Part shown: one piece after another, positions 8,328 through 14,695 of the stretch
How the letters are laid out: every line of letters starts with the position of its first letter
Position numbering within the stretch: position 1 is the stretch's first letter
DNA from: a virus
Taxonomy: Duplodnaviria; Caudoviricetes
Length of the DNA stretch: 28,882 nt
Virus record (IMG/VR): IMGVR_UViG_3300016265_001368
Location: 1 to 28,882 of that record
Direction: 5' to 3' (one strand)
Made by a program: the position numbers and the translations under genes
Notes under the pieces: generated by a model
What the model saw: only the letters and a program-made list of their open reading frames with translations
Database searches by the model: none
What the model was told of the DNA's origin: nothing

Positions 8328-9977
8328 CTATCTATATTCCCACATAAAAGAAACATCACCGTACTCATCTGTATACCATCTATCTCCACTAGAATCAACA
8401 AAAGTGGTTTCATTATCTATCCCGTTAACAATAAATCCAAATGGAGACATATCTTGGTCTATTTGGTCTTTTTGCTCTTCATAAATTCTCTTTCTTATAT
8501 CATTATCTGTTAATTCTTTAAAATAAGGTTGAACAACTAACCAAGAAAAAATTACAAGACACATTGCCAAGTCATCATTACAACCATCTTCTGCTTCAAA
8601 TGATTGGTTTTTTTGAATGAAAGTAGTCAATTCACTAATTATATCGTAATCATTCACTAACAATTTATCATCTTCAACTAAAGTTTTTAAATTAGAACAT
8701 CCAACTTTTTTAACAGTTTTGGACATTTTAATACCAAGTTGAGATTTTTTTCCAGAAAAACCTTGACCCACTAACTGACCTGCTCTACCTCTCATCGAGC
8801 ACATCAAAATATTATCATATTCTAAATCAAAATGAAGCATAGAAGAAACTTGTTCTCCAATATCATTAACTTCAACTAGAACATATGCTTTGTTATATGC
8901 CTTTGCTATATCATTAATAATATTTGGAAATAATATTGGTTTTATTTCATTATTTCTGTATTTTCCTACAATCACATATGGTAATGTGGTAATGTCGTAA
9001 ATTATAAATGCAGAATAATCGTTATTTGTTCCTCTAGAAACATCAACTGTTAAAAGATAATTGTGGTCTTCCTTTGGTTCTTGATAAACATCCAATCCTT
9101 TATTTCTTTTTATTGGGTCATCATAAACTAATGTTCTAAGTTTTGCCGGTGCAATCAAAGTATCTACCGACCCTAAAAATTCACATTCAAATTCTTGTGT
9201 AAATTGTCTTTCCGAAGTATTTCGTATAGTCTCTTCTTTCCATTTTGCATCTCTTCCTGGAACTTGAGACCAATGAACTTCTAAAGGAATATAACCATTT
9301 TTTCCCCTTTCGGCATCGTGCCAGAGTTTATAAAACATATTCATCCCGTTAGGAGTTGAGATGATTATGACTTTTGTACTAATACCAGATGAAATTGTAG
9401 GATATACTGAACTAAAAAATTGTTCCGCAATATGATTTGGAATAAACGCAAATTCATCCAAGAAAATAATGTTGAAAGAGTTTCCTCGAACAGCAGATGA
9501 TGAAGTAGATGCTGCTACAATTTTACTACCATTTTCAAGTTCTAAAGAACCTTTGTTCCAAGAACCAACACCCTGCTGCAACCACTTGGGTAAATTTTCA
9601 TAAGATAATTGTAGTCTACTCAATAACTCCCTAGCAGTTTCTGCTTTGTTTGCTAGAATGGCAATTCTTATGTTATCGTTAAATAACGCATAATGTAAAA
9701 GATAAGAAACTACAGTAGTTGACTTTCCTGTCTGTCTGGGTAATTTTGCAATATTAAATCTATTATTGTGAAAATTACTAATAAGTTCTTCTTGAAAATC
9801 ATACATCTCAAAGGGAATAAGACCCTCATCAAGAGAAACAATCTTTACGTATTTTTTTGCAAAATATATGGGATTATTTTTACATTCAATATATTCTTGA
9901 ATTTGCTCTTGAGTAAATTCAATTTGAACATTTTCTGCTTTTAAGTTTGGATTACCTTTATAATGTTTTTCGGTCAT
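8328..9977 (-). CDS. gp17: Terminase large subunit gp17
   Basis: YKGNPNLK, Walker A PRQTGKST, Walker B IIFLDEFAF, ISTPNG, and nuclease motifs VDVSRG...DYSA and DDLAMCL. Confidence 0.98.
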   Translation of the reverse strand: MTEKHYKGNPNLKAENVQIEFTQEQIQEYIECKNNPIYFAKKYVKIVSLDEGLIPFEMYDFQEELISNFHNNRFNIAKLPRQTGKSTTVVSYLLHYALFNDNIRIAILANKAETARELLSRLQLSYENLPKWLQQGVGSWNKGSLELENGSKIVAASTSSSAVRGNSFNIIFLDEFAFIPNHIAEQFFSSVYPTISSGISTKVIIISTPNGMNMFYKLWHDAERGKNGYIPLEVHWSQVPGRDAKWKEETIRNTSERQFTQEFECEFLGSVDTLIAPAKLRTLVYDDPIKRNKGLDVYQEPKEDHNYLLTVDVSRGTNNDYSAFIIYDITTLPYVIVGKYRNNEIKPILFPNIINDIAKAYNKAYVLVEVNDIGEQVSSMLHFDLEYDNILMCSMRGRAGQLVGQGFSGKKSQLGIKMSKTVKKVGCSNLKTLVEDDKLLVNDYDIISELTTFIQKNQSFEAEDGCNDDLAMCLVIFSWLVVQPYFKELTDNDIRKRIYEEQKDQIDQDMSPFGFIVNGIDNETTFVDSSGDRWYTDEYGDVSFMWEYR

Positions 9978-10156
9978 AAAGTTTTAAATGATGTACTCAA
10001 TTCACCTATTAGTTCTTGCTGCTGCAAATATAATTTACAATAAGATTTTGCAAAATTTCTAGCATCATCTAAGTCCATTTTGTCAATAACTCTTGCTTGT
10101 TGTTCATAAATTAAAAGTTTATTCAGACTTTTAATTTCAATATCTTCAGGATTCAT
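9974..10156 (-). CDS. nblA: NblA-like (phycobilisome degradation adaptor) small protein
   Basis: 60-aa helix-loop-helix-sized ORF. SLNKLLIYEQQARVIDKMDLDDARNF aligns without gaps to the cyanobacterial NblA core as recalled (SLEQQFSIRSFATQVQNMSHDQAKDF), keeping S-L, A, M, D-x-A and F. An AGGA Shine-Dalgarno lies 7 nt upstream, and the ORF has an ATGA overlap with gp17. Confidence 0.62.
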   Translation of the reverse strand: MNPEDIEIKSLNKLLIYEQQARVIDKMDLDDARNFAKSYCKLYLQQQELIGELSTSFKTL

Positions 10157-10688
10157 TATTTTTTCCTATAAACAATAATGGTTTAGTTGGGTCTTTCATT
10201 GCCGGTGCAAAAGAAATTACAATAGCACCTGGATATATCTTTACTATCTCATCTGTAATTTCTTTCTTAGTTGGTCTTTTTGTTTGTGGAAAGAACATTT
10301 GCGATTGTATATATCTTCCTTTCCAAGTTAATAAAATAGCATAAGTTGCTCCAGAAGATTGTATTCTAGTGTACTGTTCTTTCACTGGAGATTTTTCTGC
10401 TTTCTTTAAACGTGTATAATAATCGGGAAGTTCTTCCAAATGCTGCAGTGCAATATTTTTAGCAATTTCTAAATTTTTTGTATGCTCTTTCTCGACTTTA
10501 ATTCCAAGTTCCAACTGTTTTGCCAGTTTATCTAAACTAACGTCGTGTTTTTTTGAAATTTCTTCAATTGATTTGTGTGGTTTCATTCCGGGGCAAGTGC
10601 TCTTACCGTGAATCGGGCAGTCCACATCTTTTTTTGTATTATTACAAAGAGAAGATGCCTCAAAAATAAAAGTATTAAAAGTTTTCAT
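10146..10688 (-). CDS. Putative internal head protein with capsid-targeting-like N-terminus, Cys/His motif, DUF5661-like domain and conserved C-terminal domain
   Basis: Starts MKTFNTFIFEA (compare the T4 IP targeting sequence MKTYQEFIAE). Contains CNNTKKDVDCPIHGKSTCP and QLELGIKVEKEH...IALQHLEELPDYYTRL (DUF5661-like pattern). Confidence 0.7.
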   Translation of the reverse strand: MKTFNTFIFEASSLCNNTKKDVDCPIHGKSTCPGMKPHKSIEEISKKHDVSLDKLAKQLELGIKVEKEHTKNLEIAKNIALQHLEELPDYYTRLKKAEKSPVKEQYTRIQSSGATYAILLTWKGRYIQSQMFFPQTKRPTKKEITDEIVKIYPGAIVISFAPAMKDPTKPLLFIGKNNES

Positions 10689-10703
10689 TTAACTTTTGAT
10701 TTT

Positions 10704-10715
10704 TATTTATTTAGA
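10704..10715 (-). promoter_or_regulatory. Overlapping late promoter variants TCTAAATA/AATAAATA at the gp16 stop codon
   Basis: Minus strand reads TCTAAATAAATA, about 16-20 nt upstream of the ATG at 10688. Confidence 0.6.
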
Positions 10716-11132
10716 ACTATCAAAACCTTTCTTTAAAAGTTTCTGCAAGTCTGAAGTTGAACCAACAAATAAAGCATTGGTTACATTCTTTGGTCCCTTT
10801 GGTTCCTCTTCATTTAATTTCTTCATCTTTTGTTGTAAATCAATTAATTTATCTGATACATCAGCAACATTTTTAATTAGTTGACCTGCAACTTCATATG
10901 CTCTTGGACTATCACTTTGTTGAGCAACATCAAGTATATCACTAATTGCTTGTTGACCTTTTTCTATAAGTGAATATAAATTTCCTCTCGTATACTCATA
11001 GTCAGTTTCTGCATTATCTCCTTTTGGAGAATGTTTATCCAAAGAAATCTTTTTGTCTTCAATTATCTCTTTAGATACTGTTGTAGTATCAATACTTAAA
11101 GCATTTTCTATTGAGTCAAATTTGTTATTCAT
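10707..11132 (-). CDS. gp16: Terminase small subunit gp16
   Basis: DYEYTRGNLYSLIEKGQ, SPRAYEVAGQLIK and NALFVGSTSDLQKLLK motifs; ATGA overlap with gp15. Confidence 0.95.
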   Translation of the reverse strand: MNNKFDSIENALSIDTTTVSKEIIEDKKISLDKHSPKGDNAETDYEYTRGNLYSLIEKGQQAISDILDVAQQSDSPRAYEVAGQLIKNVADVSDKLIDLQQKMKKLNEEEPKGPKNVTNALFVGSTSDLQKLLKKGFDSSK

Positions 11133-12178
11133 AAATCAACATCAACTCCTTTTGAGGGACTATAAGTTTTACCATCACCAAAATCAAATCTATCCTCATT
11201 AAATCCAAAATCATCTCCAAATTCAATTAATTCATCATCTGCAGAATCTATAATATTGATAGAATCTCCTGCTATGTGAGCAGATTGAACAGTACTATCT
11301 TTACCTCTATCAACTACTAAAGTATTTCCAGAAATCTCTCTAATATAAATTGCTTCATCATTTATCATAATGTAACTATCTTCTGTCAATGAAGACGCAT
11401 CTGAAACATTAATTATCGTAGATGTTTCATCAATATCCTCTGCTAATGCTGCACTTTGGTCATTATCATAATCTTTTAAAGCCCTTGGTGTTGCAACATA
11501 TCTCAATTCTCTTGATGAATTTTTAATATTAGTGTTTGAGTAATAATCAACCTGAACTTTTTTGATAAGTTTATCACTACTTTCTGCAATTGGACCAAAT
11601 ATATACGTTTTTGCGGTAAAATTCAAAGTATAAATTAAAATTCTTCTTGAATCATAAGAACCTTCATATTCATCATTCATTTGAATGCTTTCCAATGTAA
11701 TTGGAACATCTCTTTTCTCACCTATTGAAGATACCAAATTGATGGTCATATTAAAATGGGGTTGAAAATAGGGTAAAATTTGTTCAACAATTTGTAACAT
11801 ATCATCATTATATTTTCCCATAACACTTAATTGAATTCCAATATTATATGGAACAGGCATATAAACTTTTGTCTGTTTATTGTCCTTTAATGCTTTAAAT
11901 GTTTGAACAGTTGAAGTTTTTCTTGATGGGTCATACTGGAGACTTGTCATCTCAAATGACATTCTCGGTAAAGTTATTGCGACTCTTTTTCTTAAATCTG
12001 GTTTCTGTTCAAGTCTTGCTAAAAACTTTTGAACTGGTCCATAAGCAATTGGAACCTTTATTAAACTAGTATCTGCATCATTTTCATCTTGATGTTTAAT
12101 GTACAAATTATTAAACAAGGTTCCAAACGAAATTATCGTTTTCCTTATAATTTCGTTATAACTATAAGACCCAAGCAT
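11129..12178 (-). CDS. gp15: Tail sheath stabiliser/completion protein gp15, with an extra C-terminal beta domain
   Basis: IIRKTIISFGTLFN, VPIAYGP, ITLPRMSFE and QIVEQILPYFQP motifs. Confidence 0.95.
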   Translation of the reverse strand: MLGSYSYNEIIRKTIISFGTLFNNLYIKHQDENDADTSLIKVPIAYGPVQKFLARLEQKPDLRKRVAITLPRMSFEMTSLQYDPSRKTSTVQTFKALKDNKQTKVYMPVPYNIGIQLSVMGKYNDDMLQIVEQILPYFQPHFNMTINLVSSIGEKRDVPITLESIQMNDEYEGSYDSRRILIYTLNFTAKTYIFGPIAESSDKLIKKVQVDYYSNTNIKNSSRELRYVATPRALKDYDNDQSAALAEDIDETSTIINVSDASSLTEDSYIMINDEAIYIREISGNTLVVDRGKDSTVQSAHIAGDSINIIDSADDELIEFGDDFGFNEDRFDFGDGKTYSPSKGVDVDL

Positions 12179-12204
12179 TTTAATTAAATTGAGTTTCTAT
12201 TAAT

Positions 12205-12212
12205 TATTTAGT
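12205..12212 (-). promoter_or_regulatory. Late promoter variant ACTAAATA overlapping the gp14 stop codon
   Basis: CTAAATA box about 26 nt upstream of the gp15 ATG. Confidence 0.55.
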
Positions 12213-13596
12213 AATCTCCAAAAGGATTCCTTTCAGAAAAATCAATAGTATTATCTGCCTCGTGTTCTATATTGATATTATCAGCATATGCATCATAATA
12301 ATCATCCATATTGTTTACGGATAATAACTTATAAGTTGCAGCTGCACCAACTATTGATTCTCCAAGTGCAAATGTTCCATCAATAATAGAAACTTTAAGT
12401 TTTCTAGTAACAGAATTCCATTCCTTAACGTATGCTTTTGTTCCAGATGTCTGCCCAGTAATTTGCTCATTAAACTTATAATCTCCTTCTGAAGTGCCAA
12501 CTGGAGATTGAATTGTAATATTTCTAGCAAATGCTTCCAAATAACCACTTCCAGCATCAATATATCGAACAGAAGTTATAGTTCCCGAAGAATTCATAAC
12601 TGCAGTTGCTATTGCTACTCTTCCATTTACTGATGGTGGTACAGATATACTTATTGATGGGAGAGATGTATATTGATAACCACCAGTAATTATTCCAATT
12701 GGTCCAAGAACTCCAGAATCAATAACAGCAGTTGCTATTCCACCTGAACCGGATGTTGAAATAATCTGAACAGTTGGTGGAGTTGTGTATCCAGAACCTG
12801 GATTGGTAATTAAAATTTTATCAATTGAACTTCCATCTCTTCCAGGCAATGTTCTCATCAGTGCTTCTGCAGAAGCATTAACACCACCAGAAGGTGCTGG
12901 GGATATTGCTATTCTTGGAATATCTCTATACCCATATCCATCATTAATTACATCGATGTAACTTACTGATTTTGGTAAATTTATGGAGGGACTAGTCAAT
13001 TGAAGTGGTGTTGCTGTAGACTCAACCATACTTAAAGTTGCAATATAACCAAAATCTTGAACGGATTCATCAACCTCTTCAATTGAAGTATCAATAACTT
13101 CATCCTCATATTCAAAGAGTTCACATCTTAACTCATAAATGTACAAGTTATTTAATTGATAAAAAGGACGTTTTCCTTCTACATATTTAATTTCGAATAG
13201 TGAATTATCCAAAGGAAAATAAATCAAATCACCTTCTTCTGGACGTATAGAAACTTTAATGTCAGAATCACTACTTAAAAATGGAGTTACAAAATCCTCA
13301 TATCTTTCTCTCGATATAACTAAAGTCAATTCATCAGTAGACCTAACACCAAATTTTGACAATATATCTCCTTGTCCACCAAATCCATCAAAATTCAAAA
13401 CATAAGCTTCTATTCTAAAACTATCATCAAACTTAGTGTAAATATTTTCTTTAATTACTGTTTTTTCACCAATAAATTTTCTGGGCATGTAGACAATATC
13501 TTGCCCATACATTTTCAATTGCTCATTAATTAAATCTTGTACTAATCTTTGTTCGGATGCAGAACCTTGTAAAAAATATGGATTTAATGGTGTCAT
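12208..13596 (-). CDS. gp14: Neck protein gp14 with inserted GxGY-repeat domains
   Basis: LNPYFLQGS..EQRLVQDLINEQLKMYG, RPEEGDLIYFP and DFSERNPFG motifs. Confidence 0.95.
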   Translation of the reverse strand: MTPLNPYFLQGSASEQRLVQDLINEQLKMYGQDIVYMPRKFIGEKTVIKENIYTKFDDSFRIEAYVLNFDGFGGQGDILSKFGVRSTDELTLVISRERYEDFVTPFLSSDSDIKVSIRPEEGDLIYFPLDNSLFEIKYVEGKRPFYQLNNLYIYELRCELFEYEDEVIDTSIEEVDESVQDFGYIATLSMVESTATPLQLTSPSINLPKSVSYIDVINDGYGYRDIPRIAISPAPSGGVNASAEALMRTLPGRDGSSIDKILITNPGSGYTTPPTVQIISTSGSGGIATAVIDSGVLGPIGIITGGYQYTSLPSISISVPPSVNGRVAIATAVMNSSGTITSVRYIDAGSGYLEAFARNITIQSPVGTSEGDYKFNEQITGQTSGTKAYVKEWNSVTRKLKVSIIDGTFALGESIVGAAATYKLLSVNNMDDYYDAYADNINIEHEADNTIDFSERNPFGDY

Positions 13597-13597
13597 A

Positions 13598-14413
13598 TTA
13601 ACCTATCATATCTAGAGGTGGAAGTTCGTACTCTGTCTTGAGGGATGCCTCTATTTCTTCTATTTCTCTTTCTGCGTCTTCATATAATTGTCTTCCATTT
13701 AAAGTTATTCCTCCTGGAAGTTGTACATTATTAAATTTAATCATATTTTGTCCCCACTGTCTTTTAATCAAAGCAGTAAGATATTTTTTTAACCAAAAAT
13801 CATTATAAATTTTTGGAAAATCACTTGGATTTACAATTCTATAACAATCAATAATTATATACTGATTTTGTGGAACTTGTTTCCAATCAATATCCAAATA
13901 TAATCTATGTTGTTTCTTATTAAATCTCAATTGAATATCTGGAGTGATTAATCTACTTATGTCCTCCAAATAAGTTTTTACCATTGCATAATTTAATAAA
14001 TCCAATGCACCATAATAGTACAAATCATTTAAAAATATTTGATATTTTATATTAAACATTCCACTTGATATTGTGCTTGAGTCAACTTTAAAAACATTAT
14101 TTACTCCAATAATTGTATCTGGAAGTGGAAGATAGTTTTGTGCTTCTTCGTAAGTTGAAGAACTTATTCCTGAATTTGAAGTTCCTACAGTTGTTGCCGG
14201 AACTTTAGTAATTATATTTTTCTCGTCCCCAGTTAATTTGTGCTTTAAAAAAACTCTTTCAATTCCATCAAAATGTCTTTCGTGAAAATATTGCAATGCA
14301 TCATCAACACGGTCTTCTATTTGGTCATCTTCAACATTTATTTCCAAAACAGGATAACCTAGTTTTCTCAAACAGTAATCAATTAAACCTTGACGAGTTG
14401 ATGGTTGTGCCAT
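13598..14413 (-). CDS. gp13: Neck protein gp13
   Basis: PSTRQGLIDYCLRKLGYPVLEINV, KRQWGQNMIKF..VQLPGGITLNG and ELPPLDMIG motifs. Confidence 0.96.
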   Translation of the reverse strand: MAQPSTRQGLIDYCLRKLGYPVLEINVEDDQIEDRVDDALQYFHERHFDGIERVFLKHKLTGDEKNIITKVPATTVGTSNSGISSSTYEEAQNYLPLPDTIIGVNNVFKVDSSTISSGMFNIKYQIFLNDLYYYGALDLLNYAMVKTYLEDISRLITPDIQLRFNKKQHRLYLDIDWKQVPQNQYIIIDCYRIVNPSDFPKIYNDFWLKKYLTALIKRQWGQNMIKFNNVQLPGGITLNGRQLYEDAEREIEEIEASLKTEYELPPLDMIG

Positions 14414-14643
14414 TATTCTATATTAGAAGTAGAAAAATCTTCGTTATTTTTTGATGACCTTTTATTTTTCTTTTCAAGTTCTGCCGAAAGTTGATTTATT
14501 TTTGATGTTAAAGAATCAATCGTTTGATTGGCAGTCATAATCTTTGCCTCAAGAGCAATAACTTGATTAAAAAGGTCAAATGATTTTTGTTGATATGAAC
14601 CTAATAAATTTTTAAAATCAATCTCGTTCATTGTGCTTTGCAT
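14413..14643 (-). CDS. Small coiled-coil protein upstream of gp13 (start ATG 14643 or 14631, rather than GTG 14670)
   Basis: MNEIDFKNLLGSYQQKSFDLFNQVIALEAKI has a heptad pattern, and the ORF has a TAATG overlap with gp13. The GTG at 14670 lies inside a terminator stem, within a few nt of the late promoter box. Confidence 0.75.
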   Translation of the reverse strand: MQSTMNEIDFKNLLGSYQQKSFDLFNQVIALEAKIMTANQTIDSLTSKINQLSAELEKKNKRSSKNNEDFSTSNIE

Positions 14644-14645
14644 AC

Positions 14646-14674
14646 AAAAAGAGGTGGAGTTAAACCCCACCTCT
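14646..14674 (-). terminator. Rho-independent terminator downstream of the fibre gene
   Basis: Minus strand reads AGAGGTGGGGT-TTA-ACTCCACCTCT then TTTT, an 11-bp GC-rich stem with one G-U pair ending in a U5 tract. Confidence 0.85.
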
Positions 14675-14681
14675 ATTTATA
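14674..14681 (-). promoter_or_regulatory. Late promoter TATAAATA abutting the terminator stem
   Basis: Exact consensus whose last A is the first base of the stem. Confidence 0.8.
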
Positions 14682-14695
14682 GTATAACTATTATT

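Noticed and set aside
8328-9977. Intein, intron or homing endonuclease in terminase, portal or capsid genes
   Set aside because: gp17 (549 aa) and gp20 (556 aa) are of ordinary length with contiguous motifs; no splice-junction or HNH/GIY-YIG/LAGLIDADG motifs were seen.
14644-14670. GTG start at 14670 giving the 85-aa ORF
   Set aside because: It lies within the terminator stem and at or upstream of the expected late transcription start; ATG 14643 or 14631 is more plausible.
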